A stretch of 57,267 nucleotides of DNA, taken from the NCBI GenBank assembly GCA_963755125.1, contig CAVWIP010000004.1, positions 1 through 57,267 of the forward strand, in the 5' to 3' direction. The notes beneath the pieces are model-generated. The model saw only the letters and a program-made list of their open reading frames with translations. It searched no databases and was not told the origin of the DNA. Below, piece by piece: positions 9,826-19,552 of the stretch. Made by a program: the position numbers and the translations under genes. Positions within the stretch are counted from its first letter, which is position 1. Every line of letters begins with the position of its first letter. The stretch comes from an uncultured delta proteobacterium. GTDB lineage: Bacteria; Myxococcota_A; Polyangia; Fen-1088.

Positions 9826-10842
9826 CTACCAGGTCACGCCGGCCACCGTGCAGTTCAGTCCGCTACCGATGCCGCCCAGGACGATGTGGTCGCCCGGCGA
9901 CACGCGCTCGGCCTCCACCGCCTTGGACAGGACCATGGGCACCGAGGCAGGACCCACGTTGCCCAGCTCCGGGTAGATGAGAAATGCCTTCGCGAGATCG
10001 AAGCCGACGGCGCGGGCCAGCTCCTGCGTGTGCAGCTCGCTCACCTGGTGCAGGGCAAACAGATCGACGGATTCTGCGCTCCATCCTAGATATTTCTGTG
10101 CCTGCGCCCAGGTTCGTTGCGCCAGTCCCACGCCGTGGAGCAGCAGGCTGCGAGTATCGGTGATGCCCACGTCGAGCTGGCCCCGGCACAACTGATTGTG
10201 CTGGGTAGCGGCCAAGCTGGTCCCGCCGTGGAAGCGATGCCCGCCCGGCGCCAGGCGCGTGTGCGCCAGGATCATGGCGGCGGCGCCCGACCCCACGGTC
10301 AGCGTGGCGAGCTGGTCGCGCAACATCTGTGCGTCGCAGCTGCCCGCGCTCAGTCGCGCGAGCGTGGCCTCGACCACGGTACGGCTGCTTTCCCCGTCGA
10401 CGATCAGGCCAAAGTCGATCTGGCCGCGCTCGATCAGATTGCCCACCAGGTGCATGCCGTCGATGAAGCCCAGGCAAGCGTTGGCGATGTCGAAGTTTAG
10501 GCAAGTCTCGGGCAGGCGCAGATTGGCGTGCACGAAGCACGCGACTGACGGCTCGACGTAGTCGCGGCATACCGAGGTGTTGATGAGCGCCCCGATGCGC
10601 GCCGGGTCCACGCCCGTGTCAGCCAGAACCTTCCGCCCCGCCAGCGTGGCCGCATCGCTGGGCTGCGTCTGCGCATCCCAAAAGCGGCGTGCCTTCACCC
10701 CGGTCAGGCTCTCCAGAAGGCGCGCAGGCATGCCCAGCCGACGGTAGGTCTCGGCCAAGCGTGCATCCAGATCCTCGGATGGGATGCGGTGCGGGGCATC
10801 CACATGGGCCACGCCGACGATGGAGACGTTGTCGAACTTCAT
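9826..10842 (-). CDS. oleA: OleA-type thiolase / 3-oxoacyl-ACP synthase III
   Basis: EPSVA (Glu), NACLG (Cys), HQVS (His), GNVGPAS, GIGSGLN motifs. Confidence 0.85.
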   Translation of the reverse strand: MKFDNVSIVGVAHVDAPHRIPSEDLDARLAETYRRLGMPARLLESLTGVKARRFWDAQTQPSDAATLAGRKVLADTGVDPARIGALINTSVCRDYVEPSVACFVHANLRLPETCLNFDIANACLGFIDGMHLVGNLIERGQIDFGLIVDGESSRTVVEATLARLSAGSCDAQMLRDQLATLTVGSGAAAMILAHTRLAPGGHRFHGGTSLAATQHNQLCRGQLDVGITDTRSLLLHGVGLAQRTWAQAQKYLGWSAESVDLFALHQVSELHTQELARAVGFDLAKAFLIYPELGNVGPASVPMVLSKAVEAERVSPGDHIVLGGIGSGLNCTVAGVTW

Positions 10843-10858
10843 GAACGGGCTGGGAGTT

Positions 10859-12769
10859 CTAGCGGATTATTGGGCGGTGAGTAGGGTTTTGAGTGGGCTG
10901 GCGCGCCAGTGGCATCACCGCCAGTTCGTTCACCCACAGCCGGCCCGGCGCTGTTGCGGCCGACGCGCCTGGTGGAACCACGATGCGCAGCCGCACCGAC
11001 AGCCGTCCCCCGCCGTGGTGGGCTGCAATCCGCAAGGGGAACGTGTTCGATTCCCGTGTGGCTTGCGCGACCGAGGCCAGCGAGACCGTCGTGCCCGGCA
11101 CGTCGGTCCCGACTTGCACGGTGAATTCGCCTGCCGGAACGCTCGCGGATGCGTCCAGCGGCGCGATGTCGAGCGACGCCTGGATCGCATAGTCGCCCGG
11201 GGCCAGGCCCAGTTCCGTTCCAGCGGCGATCTCCTTCGCCCGATCGGGCGCCGCCGCCGGGATGGCCAGTCCCACGCCATTCCACACCCCGCGCACAGCG
11301 GACGTGCCGTCGTCCTCGTGCGGGCCGGTCCTGCGCCAGGAACACAGGCGCGCTTGCTGGTCCACATGGCAAACCTGGACAGCCCAGCGGTGATGCTCGC
11401 GCAGCCTGCCGCCTGCCCAGGCTAGCGTCGGGGAGCCGGCAAAGATGGCGACGATCAGGCCCAAGGAAAGGCCAGCTTCCCAGCGCATCGCCCGAGACAT
11501 CCGGGGTTCGCGGATGACGGCCCTTGCCGTCCGGGCCAGGCACACGAGCCCGGCCGCAGCGAAGGGAAAAACCAGCAAGGCGATGGGCACGCGATAGCGC
11601 GGGTCTGCGAAGATGACGATGTAGAGGCCGGCCAGGACCACAATGAATGGCAGCAGGGTCAGCGCCAGCCAGCGCCGTCGCGCGAGGGCCGTGCCCAGGC
11701 CCGCCAGCGCAGCCGCCACCGTTGCCAGCCAGAAGCTGTCCACGATCCACTCGACGGTCGAACGCCAGCGGCTGGCCAGGCTGAGCGCCGGCTCTTGCAG
11801 CACACCGGCACGAAAGAGCGGCCAGTAGAGCAGGGCGCGCTCGTGAACCAGCAGGCGCTCGGCCTTGGCGAGAACCAGTCCGAGCGAAAACGCGGGGTCG
11901 AAGCGCATCCAGGGCAGGGCCAAGGAAAGCGCCGCCCGATCGGCTTCGCGGTGTGGCTCGGCCAGGACCGTGTAGCCCGTCACTTCGTGGAATATCCGGT
12001 TCAGCGAACGCGAGTAGCGGCCGTCGCTGTCGGGGTTGGCGCCGACCAGAGCTGTGATGCCGCCGTGGCTGTCACCGATGAAGGCTTCGCCGTAACGGAG
12101 TCGGTTGCGCACGGCCCAGGGCGAGAGCAGCACGGCAGCCACCGCGCATGACAGAACGGTGTTGCGCACGGCCGGCCTCCAGCCGAGTCCGGAGGCGCGA
12201 AAGCAGAAGATCGCCAGCACGCAAAGGGGCAGGGCGATGGCCCTGATGTACGTGGCCAGACCCATGAACAGGCCGAATGACACCGCAGCCAGCCGCGGGC
12301 GCGCCGGCGAATAGCGCAGAAGGAAGTAGCAGCCGAGGCTGATGAGCGCTGCCGCCGGCATGTCCGTGCCGGTCACGCTGGCCAGGGCCACACCGGCTGG
12401 CCAGACCGCACACAGAAGTCCGGCCACCAGCGCCGTTGCCCGACTTTCCCACAGCCGGTGCGCGATGCCGTAGACCGCGCCTGCAGCCAGGCTGCCCGCC
12501 ACGGCGCCCACGAGCTTGCAAGCCAGCCAGCCCCCGCTCAGCGCCTGCGCGGCCGCCAGCACAAACACGTAGCCAGGCATAAAGATGTACTCCGCATCGA
12601 AGGAGCCGAACTTGACCAAGTGGGCTGCCGATTCGACGTACATCGCGAAGTCGCCCACCGGCTTGGTCGGCACCAGCAGGACCCAGCCCACGCGAAGAAC
12701 CAGGGCCAGCAAGACGACAAGAAAGGCGGTCACTGTGCTACCGGCGCCGGCACGCCCAGGCCGGTCCAT
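10859..12769 (-). CDS. GT39/ArnT-like (GT-C) membrane glycosyltransferase with C-terminal soluble beta domain
   Basis: P.GDF..Y...A after TM1, PGY, many TMs, PWAVRN, PRYR.P motifs; start may be the GTG at 12733. Confidence 0.7.
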   Translation of the reverse strand: MDRPGRAGAGSTVTAFLVVLLALVLRVGWVLLVPTKPVGDFAMYVESAAHLVKFGSFDAEYIFMPGYVFVLAAAQALSGGWLACKLVGAVAGSLAAGAVYGIAHRLWESRATALVAGLLCAVWPAGVALASVTGTDMPAAALISLGCYFLLRYSPARPRLAAVSFGLFMGLATYIRAIALPLCVLAIFCFRASGLGWRPAVRNTVLSCAVAAVLLSPWAVRNRLRYGEAFIGDSHGGITALVGANPDSDGRYSRSLNRIFHEVTGYTVLAEPHREADRAALSLALPWMRFDPAFSLGLVLAKAERLLVHERALLYWPLFRAGVLQEPALSLASRWRSTVEWIVDSFWLATVAAALAGLGTALARRRWLALTLLPFIVVLAGLYIVIFADPRYRVPIALLVFPFAAAGLVCLARTARAVIREPRMSRAMRWEAGLSLGLIVAIFAGSPTLAWAGGRLREHHRWAVQVCHVDQQARLCSWRRTGPHEDDGTSAVRGVWNGVGLAIPAAAPDRAKEIAAGTELGLAPGDYAIQASLDIAPLDASASVPAGEFTVQVGTDVPGTTVSLASVAQATRESNTFPLRIAAHHGGGRLSVRLRIVVPPGASAATAPGRLWVNELAVMPLARQPTQNPTHRPIIR

Positions 12770-13167
12770 ATTCCGTCGCGCGACCAGTCATCGAGAAGTC
12801 GGCGCCACGGATCGGGTTGTTCGCAACGCACTGTTCGTTCATTGTGTGTGGCCGACCTGTGTGGCCGACCACGTCGGGACTGTACTCCAATACCACGCTC
12901 GTTCGCCGCGCTCCCGGCTGCCTGTTCAGTATCGGAAACAGCATGCTCATGTCTCATGAGGATAATGCCACGAATCATTGAGACACGCCGCCACGACGGA
13001 CGATCCTGGACCGTGCCTTTCCCCTTCATAACGTGGTAGCTGTTAGCTCGCTGTGGATGCGGGAGAGTGTTTGTGATAGCTGGATATCCTCAGTCTCGCA
13101 TTCCGAACTGACCGCGCAACGCGCCTAAGAACGTTCTTGTCTCAAATCGCCGGAAGGAGAAACTCGC

Positions 13168-15612
13168 ATGCACCGCTCATCACAATTTCTGCTCGTTCCC
13201 CTGACAATGGGGCTTCTGATGTCTTTTGGATGTGCAAAAGGTGGCGGTGGCGGCGGCGGCGGGTCGACGAGCAACAGCAGCAACGGCGGGTCGACGAGCA
13301 ACGGCGGGTCGACGAGCAACGGCGGGTCGACGAGCAACGGCGGGTCGACGAGCAACGGCGGGTCGACAAGCAACGGCGGGTCGACGAGCCACGGCGGGTC
13401 GACAAGCAACGGCGGGTCGACGAGCAACGGCGGGTCGACGAGCAACGGCGGGTCGACGAGCAACGGCGGGTCGACGAGCAACGGCGGGTCGACGAGCAAC
13501 GGCGGGTCGACAAGCAACCCCGGCGGCGGGTCTACGACGAGCAGCAGCGGCGGATCCTCCAGTAGAGGCGGATCCACCACGACCAGCGGCGGCACGACCA
13601 GTGGTGGCGGTTCGAGCAGCAGCGGCGGTACGACGAGCGGCGGCGGTTCGAGCAGCAGCGGCGGCACGACGAGCGGCGGCGGTTCGAGCAGTGGCGGTGG
13701 CGCCACCGGCGCATGCGCCGCTGGCCCAAACGTGATCTCCGATTTCGAGTCGGATACCGGCAGCATGATCCAACAGGGCACTCCCAAGCGGACCGGCTAT
13801 TGGTACGTGTACTTCCCTGGCTCGGCCACCTCCACGGCCCCAGCGTCTCCAATGAGTCAGATGCCGGCGCTCAATAATGGAAACCCCATCGCGGTGGCGT
13901 CGGACCCTGACGGCGGAACCTGCAGCAAGTACGCGTTGCACACAACGGGTTCTGGCTTTGGCACCGCTCCCAACAACTACGCCGGGGTTGGCGCTGACTT
14001 CTTGCCCGACGTCCCCTACGATCAGATGAGCAAGCCCTACGATGCCAGTGCGTACACCGGCATCAGTCTCAAGATAAGGTCGGGCAGCGGCACTCCTCCA
14101 GCCGTCTTCTTCGAGCTTCTGACCAAGGAAAACCAGCCTTCAACCGCGGGCGGTACAGCGACCGCCACGACGGTCGATCTTTACAACACCCGCGGTCAGA
14201 TGCTGAACGACCCCTGGACGCCGGGCGGAATCACGAACACTTATCAGACAATAACCGTGCCTTTCGGAACACTGGTGCCCCGGTGGGTTCCCGCTGCTGG
14301 CGGCTCGAACGCTTGTCCAACTAGCGGAACCCCCAAGTGCCAGGCTCAGCCTTTCGTTCCGACGGACGTCCTTGGCATCCAAATTTCGATGTACGGCGAC
14401 CCCGGCTTCCCCACGCCAGCGGGATCGACGGCAGGAACCTATGACCTGTGGATCGACGACGTGGCGTTCACGACAGGCGACTCAGGACTCCAGTCGCGAA
14501 CCGGCTTCCCCTTGACCACCGGTGTCGGCGTGGGTGGCTGCATCAGTCCCCAAGGGCCTAGCGCATCTGCCAAGTATCTGGTGCCCGCCTACAACCAGTG
14601 GAAGGCCAACTTCGTCAAGGGCGCAAAGGTCATTCGTCCCGAGAACCAAAACGACACGGTTTCCGAGGGCATCGCATACGGCATGATGATTGCCGTCGCC
14701 ATGAACGACCAGACCCTATTCGACAGCCTTTATGGCACATGGAAAGCAAACGCCACCGCTGGTACCCTGATGACCTGGTGTCTTGGCAGCGGCGGTGGCA
14801 GCACCGGAACAGCTTGCGCCACTTCTGGCGGATCGGCCACTGACGCCGATGAAGATGCGGCCTACGCGCTCTTGATGGCCGGAAGGGCCTGGGGCGGAAG
14901 CTACAATGCGGAAGCGGTGACCATGATAGGAGACATCTGGAGCCATGATATTGACGGCGGCGGCACCAACCTTCCCAAGGGCGGGAGCAACTACGGCAGT
15001 CCAGCGAGCAATATCACCAACGCCTCGTACTTCGCTCCGTCGTTCTACAAGGAATTCGCCGCAGTGGATAGCGGCCATAACTGGGCTGGGGTGATTACCG
15101 CAGTGTACAGCGTCATCAACGGAACTATTGCCGGAAGCAACGGGCTTATCCCGGCCTGGTGCAGCAGCACCTGCACCACAGCCGGCTCCAACGGTGCGGC
15201 GACTGACGGTGACTACCAATACGACTCGCACCGCATCCCAATGCGCATTGGTATTGACTACTGTTACAATGCCACAGCTGGCGCCAAGACCTATACGACC
15301 AAAAACACCGCCTTCTTTGCCGCCCAAGCCGCCAACGGGATTGGTTTCGTCCAAGACATGTACACGCCCAGCGGTGGCGCTGTGTCGGGCACTGCGCCCA
15401 ACTCAGCCTCGATCCTTGGCACGGCGGCAGTGGGCGCGATGGCCAGCGGCAACCAGGCGTTCCTCAATACGGCCTACCAGGCCGTGTTCGATACCATCAC
15501 CCGCGCGACCATGGCTCCGGTCGATGCATCCGGGAAGACGCCATACTCGTATTTCAATGGGACGGTTGGCTTGCTGACCGCTCTTATCATGACCGGCGCT
15601 TTCCCGCACTAG
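13168..15612 (+). CDS. Lipoprotein endoglucanase: Gly/Ser linker + CBM11-like domain + GH8 catalytic domain
   Basis: RBS AAGGAG; lipobox SFGC; YDASAYTGIS and LWIDDVAF (CBM-like); GH8 motifs TVSEGIAYGM, SATDADED, NASYFAP, YDSHRIPMR. Confidence 0.85.
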   Translation: MHRSSQFLLVPLTMGLLMSFGCAKGGGGGGGGSTSNSSNGGSTSNGGSTSNGGSTSNGGSTSNGGSTSNGGSTSHGGSTSNGGSTSNGGSTSNGGSTSNGGSTSNGGSTSNGGSTSNPGGGSTTSSSGGSSSRGGSTTTSGGTTSGGGSSSSGGTTSGGGSSSSGGTTSGGGSSSGGGATGACAAGPNVISDFESDTGSMIQQGTPKRTGYWYVYFPGSATSTAPASPMSQMPALNNGNPIAVASDPDGGTCSKYALHTTGSGFGTAPNNYAGVGADFLPDVPYDQMSKPYDASAYTGISLKIRSGSGTPPAVFFELLTKENQPSTAGGTATATTVDLYNTRGQMLNDPWTPGGITNTYQTITVPFGTLVPRWVPAAGGSNACPTSGTPKCQAQPFVPTDVLGIQISMYGDPGFPTPAGSTAGTYDLWIDDVAFTTGDSGLQSRTGFPLTTGVGVGGCISPQGPSASAKYLVPAYNQWKANFVKGAKVIRPENQNDTVSEGIAYGMMIAVAMNDQTLFDSLYGTWKANATAGTLMTWCLGSGGGSTGTACATSGGSATDADEDAAYALLMAGRAWGGSYNAEAVTMIGDIWSHDIDGGGTNLPKGGSNYGSPASNITNASYFAPSFYKEFAAVDSGHNWAGVITAVYSVINGTIAGSNGLIPAWCSSTCTTAGSNGAATDGDYQYDSHRIPMRIGIDYCYNATAGAKTYTTKNTAFFAAQAANGIGFVQDMYTPSGGAVSGTAPNSASILGTAAVGAMASGNQAFLNTAYQAVFDTITRATMAPVDASGKTPYSYFNGTVGLLTALIMTGAFPH
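13285..13518 (+). repeat. 13 x 18-bp tandem repeat (GGCGGGTCGACGAGCAAC, encoding GGSTSN)
   Basis: Counted directly; one GGSTSH variant and a few ACG/ACA synonymous variants. Confidence 0.95.
13585..13692 (+). repeat. 3 x 36-bp tandem repeat encoding SGGTTSGGGSSS
   Basis: Units start at 13585, 13621 and 13657. Confidence 0.85.
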
Positions 15613-15678
15613 AGCCATTCCTCAAGAATCCTGTCCGCGATACCGATGCTCACCCATCTTTCCGAGAGAGGTCTTGGG

Positions 15679-16614
15679 ATGACGACGAAGTACGCGCTGT
15701 TCGTATTGCCCATACCGTTGGCTTTGTTTGCTTGTTCCAAGACCAATTCGTCGGCCGATTCAGCGGTGTCGCTTGATTCTCCGTCAGCGGCACCGGCTGA
15801 ATCTGGGCCAGGGCCGGACATGGCGGAGCCGGATGCCGCCGTCTACACCTGCATCACTATCGCGGACGATCTGATCGCGGACTTCACGGTGGACAACAGC
15901 CTCAATCAGGTCGACGGCCGCCAGGGTGGGTTCTACGTCTACGGTGACGGCAGTACGAAGGGGCAATTCGATCCGCCCAGTGTGGCGTGTCAAGCCTACC
16001 CCATTGACACGACCACAGGGAATCCCAACTGCTCTGGCCCGGGTTCGTTCCACGTCAAGGCCAGCAACTGGGGCGTCTGGGGGGCGGCGCTGGGGGCAGA
16101 CTTTGTTCCGAAGATCATAGCTGATGCGGGGGATTGCGACACGGGCGTCAAAGGAACGTACGACGCTTCAAAGTACAGGGGCATCTCGTTTTGGGCCAAG
16201 GCGACTGCTCCGCTTACCGGGGTCCAGGTCAGCTTCCCCGATGTCTACACCGATGGTAGTGCCTCGTTCGCTGGCCTTCCCGGCGGCGCTGGCCTTGACT
16301 TCACAAGCTGCGTGTACTCCGCCGGAGCCATGGACCAAGGGCAGTCCGTCAATTGCAGTCCCTACCTGGTCAAGTTCGGGGCTTCCGGCCCCTACCAGGA
16401 CTATAAGATTGATACCACCTGGAGACGATTTGATGTCTTCTTCGCTGACACTTATCAGGACCCGTACAATCCAGGGTTTCACACTGCTGCAAACACATTG
16501 GACACGAGCCACCTGACCTCGATGGCGATCCAGGTGAACGCCATCTACGTCAATGGCGCTCCTACGCCGAACGACTTCGAGATCTGGGTCGACGACGTCT
16601 ATTTCATCAGGTAG
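15679..16614 (+). CDS. Lipoprotein with a stand-alone CBM11-like carbohydrate-binding domain
   Basis: Lipobox LFAC; YDASKYRGISFWAK and FEIWVDDVYF are paralogous to the middle domain of the upstream GH8 protein; alternative start 15646. Confidence 0.65.
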   Translation: MTTKYALFVLPIPLALFACSKTNSSADSAVSLDSPSAAPAESGPGPDMAEPDAAVYTCITIADDLIADFTVDNSLNQVDGRQGGFYVYGDGSTKGQFDPPSVACQAYPIDTTTGNPNCSGPGSFHVKASNWGVWGAALGADFVPKIIADAGDCDTGVKGTYDASKYRGISFWAKATAPLTGVQVSFPDVYTDGSASFAGLPGGAGLDFTSCVYSAGAMDQGQSVNCSPYLVKFGASGPYQDYKIDTTWRRFDVFFADTYQDPYNPGFHTAANTLDTSHLTSMAIQVNAIYVNGAPTPNDFEIWVDDVYFIR

Positions 16615-16858
16615 CCAGGTCGTTGGCCTGGATGCGCGGGACTTCGGCGCGCATTCTTGCCCGCAGGGCGTTGAGTTCTCTGGGGCACCGGCCTCACCTC
16701 GAATGGCTTCGGTGGGCGGGACGCCCTGGAATTCGGGAGAAGTCTGCCTTGGGAACCTCGCGTGACGAACGCCTCTGTGTACTCCGCTCTCCCCTCCGCG
16801 TCCTGCGCAGGCGTCTGTTATCCAGACGCCTACGCTCATCAGTCCGAAGGCTGCGTTC

Positions 16859-18055
16859 TTATAGTGGCGGCACTGCGTTCCTGACCAGATCCAGGAAGTA
16901 CTGCTGGAACCACACGCCGGCCTGTGGCGCGTTGGGGGCGCTTTCATTGGACCCGCATTCCGGATCGTAGCGGGGCTGTGATGGGTCGGACACGCCATCC
17001 GATTCTCCCGGCGGCTTGACCCAGAAGAAAGCATCGATGAACGGCTCGGGTGCCGCCCGCGGCCGCTCGCCCAAACCGGCGCCCTTGATGTTGCACCAGT
17101 GGCCCCACACCTTGCGGATCTGCCCCTTGCCATTGCGCGAGGTATCGACAATGAAGCCCTTGTTCTTCACGCCGTGGTCGCTCAGCCCAACCGCTAGCTT
17201 CTTCACGTAGACGAGTTCGTTGTAGCAAGGATCGCTGGATTCCATGGCCATGCCGTCCCGGTTGTACAGGTGGGTGTAGTTGGCGACGTTGGTGGCGAAC
17301 CCGCGAATCATGTCGACGCCGCCGGCCATCTTGAGCACCTTCTTGTAGACCTTGATCAGGCTCTCGCGGTGCCCGTCCCATCCCAGCCAGCCCGCGTGGG
17401 CCGCATCAAGGTAGATGCTCACGTTGGGCAAGGCGAGGGTCTTGATGGCGTAGGCCGTCGATTCGACGTACACGTCTTTCGCCTCGGCGCACTTCGGGAG
17501 GTTCATGTTGGTGACCAGATTACCCAGCGAATCTGGCTCAAGAATGACCACGATGGGCAGGTCGGGATGGGCCTTGAAGTGCCCCGCTATGACGTCGATG
17601 AACTCGGTCCGGTAGCGGGCGGCGCCGTTCTCCGAAACCTTCAGCTCTCCAGCCGAGGAATTGGCGGCACAGTCGCGGTTGGGCAGGTCGTAGACCACGA
17701 ACAACGACAGCGTGGGCTTGCCACTGGCTTGCTGCTGCTTCTTCGCCTCGTCGAGCCATCCGGGAACATTCGCGACGTGCGCAATGGAGTCAAGCCACAG
17801 TCCCGAGGGGTACTGCTTGACCTTGCGAATGGCCTCTGCGTCCGAGGGAAACGCCTTGGCGGTTGCCTCGACGTTGTCGACATACTCGGGGTTGAGGAAG
17901 AAGTTGACGTCCAGGAAGGGGTTGCGGCGCGAGGCCTCGGCCCGGCCCGGGTCGGCTCCGCTCGGCGCCGGGGCGGAGCCGCTCTTGCCCATGCTGGCGC
18001 AGGCCGAGAAAGCAAGCGAGACTGACAAGATTGCAAGAATGCGCTGGTGACTCAT
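16859..18055 (-). CDS. GH6 cellulase (cellobiohydrolase/endoglucanase), lipoprotein
   Basis: VVYDLPNRDC, ILEPDSL, DAAHAGWLGW, DTSRNG, HWCN, WVKPPGESDG; ATG at 18055 after AGGAG; lipobox FSAC. Confidence 0.92.
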   Translation of the reverse strand: MSHQRILAILSVSLAFSACASMGKSGSAPAPSGADPGRAEASRRNPFLDVNFFLNPEYVDNVEATAKAFPSDAEAIRKVKQYPSGLWLDSIAHVANVPGWLDEAKKQQQASGKPTLSLFVVYDLPNRDCAANSSAGELKVSENGAARYRTEFIDVIAGHFKAHPDLPIVVILEPDSLGNLVTNMNLPKCAEAKDVYVESTAYAIKTLALPNVSIYLDAAHAGWLGWDGHRESLIKVYKKVLKMAGGVDMIRGFATNVANYTHLYNRDGMAMESSDPCYNELVYVKKLAVGLSDHGVKNKGFIVDTSRNGKGQIRKVWGHWCNIKGAGLGERPRAAPEPFIDAFFWVKPPGESDGVSDPSQPRYDPECGSNESAPNAPQAGVWFQQYFLDLVRNAVPPL

Positions 18056-18269
18056 GGAGATCTCCTGTCGACGAAGGAACGGCACCTCATGGTGCCTCTG
18101 GTAGACCGATAGCAAGTCTCTGTCAACTGCACCCAGGCGTTGTCGTACTCGCCTGGGAACTGCGTGCAACTATTACACGCAACTGGCCTACGGGGGGAAG
18201 GACCGTTTGAGCGTGCGATGTGCTGCCATGACGCGAAGTGCGCAGGCGAAACCGAGCAATCGTGGCCGG

Positions 18270-18866
18270 TCAGTGCAGCCACGCCGCCACCGTCGGATAG
18301 TCCCCCTCATTGAGAGAGCCGTTGTGAATGCAACGGACTCGGCCGTCGGGCGCGGCCAGTACGTGGATGGGAATCGGCGCGGCGGCGTCGAACAGAAAGG
18401 CGCTGGCCCAGCCCTTGAAGTCAGCCGGGCTGGAAATCCGCAGCGAGGGGGCCGGGGCGACGGCCGGATGCGCGGCAAGGAACCTCGCCAGTTCGTCCGC
18501 ATCTTCGTCGAGGGAAAGGAACCATACATCAATCGCTACACCGTCCTGCTTGAGCCGGTCGCGCCAGTCGAGAAGCACCGGCATTTCGCGTAGGCAGGGC
18601 TTGCACCATGTAGCCCACAGATTGAGCCATGTCCAGCGCCCGGTCGCCAACGCACTCAAGGGCTTGCGCGCGGGCGTGGCCGGCGGCAGTACCAGGCGGG
18701 CTCCTGTACCTGCGGCGAACTCCAGGTCGCACCACGCTGCGGGCGGCGCCTTGGACGTCGGCGCGGCCTTGACCGCCTGGTAGCGGGTGTTGGGCGCAGG
18801 CGCTTTGTCCGCGGCCGGGCAGGCGACCAGCCCAACGACGAGCAGCAAGAACAAGAGTCGGTTCAC
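18270..18866 (-). CDS. TlpA/ResA-like thioredoxin lipoprotein
   Basis: NLWATWCKPC; cis-Pro IP; lipobox LVAC; GTG start overlaps the upstream stop (GTGA). Confidence 0.85.
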   Translation of the reverse strand: MNRLLFLLLVVGLVACPAADKAPAPNTRYQAVKAAPTSKAPPAAWCDLEFAAGTGARLVLPPATPARKPLSALATGRWTWLNLWATWCKPCLREMPVLLDWRDRLKQDGVAIDVWFLSLDEDADELARFLAAHPAVAPAPSLRISSPADFKGWASAFLFDAAAPIPIHVLAAPDGRVRCIHNGSLNEGDYPTVAAWLH

Positions 18867-19552
18867 AACCGGCAATCGATCCATGCGATGAAGGCCGAAC
18901 GGTTGAGTTCGGCGGTTGTGCACGCACCCACGGTGCGCGAGTGTTTCCACTGACAGAACTCCTGATCAAGTTGGGCGAACTCTTCGCCCAGCCACAGCAG
19001 GCCCACCTCCTGTTCGAGTTCGGGATCGTTGAACTTGCCCTTGATGTGTTCCAGCACGGCGTCGGCGCGATGGCGAGACAGTTCGCGATTGTGCTCGACC
19101 GATCCTTCGGGCGAGGCGCGCGACACCACCAGGAAATAGGACGCTCCCCGCTGGTCGGCGAAGGTCTTTTCCAGCAGCGCCATGGCCGCCGGATCGAGGT
19201 CCGCCCTGTCCAGGTCGAACTGGATGATGGCGGCGCGTTCGGCCAGCGGCGTGAACAGCGAGTTGAAGTCGCCACCCGACATGGCGGCCACCTGGCGCGC
19301 CTGCAAGGGCTGGCAGCCGCGCGAACCGCCACCCTGGATAAGCCCGCACGAGGTGAGCACGCGGCGGAGGATCTGCTTGAGGTTTCCGCTGCAGTAGCCC
19401 TCGTTGGCTGCACTGGCCGTGGCCACGTCGGAAACCTTGCCCAGCGACTCGGTCAGGCGCGTGGCCGAGGCCCGCGTCCAGACCGTGGCAGGGAGCGCCA
19501 CCGCCATCAGGGTGCCGAGAGCGAGGAGAAAGTGCAGCTTGTCGAGTCTCAT
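18863..19552 (-). CDS. Exported Cys-rich OmpA-like domain protein
   Basis: IQFDLDRADL, ASPEGS..HNRELSRHRADAV, LGEE, LNRSA; N-terminal hydrophobic segment; ATGA overlap with the VKOR gene. Confidence 0.75.
   Translation of the reverse strand: MRLDKLHFLLALGTLMAVALPATVWTRASATRLTESLGKVSDVATASAANEGYCSGNLKQILRRVLTSCGLIQGGGSRGCQPLQARQVAAMSGGDFNSLFTPLAERAAIIQFDLDRADLDPAAMALLEKTFADQRGASYFLVVSRASPEGSVEHNRELSRHRADAVLEHIKGKFNDPELEQEVGLLWLGEEFAQLDQEFCQWKHSRTVGACTTAELNRSAFIAWIDCRL

Noticed and set aside
13285..13518. Possible CRISPR array
   Set aside because: Contiguous 18-bp units with no spacers, in frame within a CDS; no cas genes in the window
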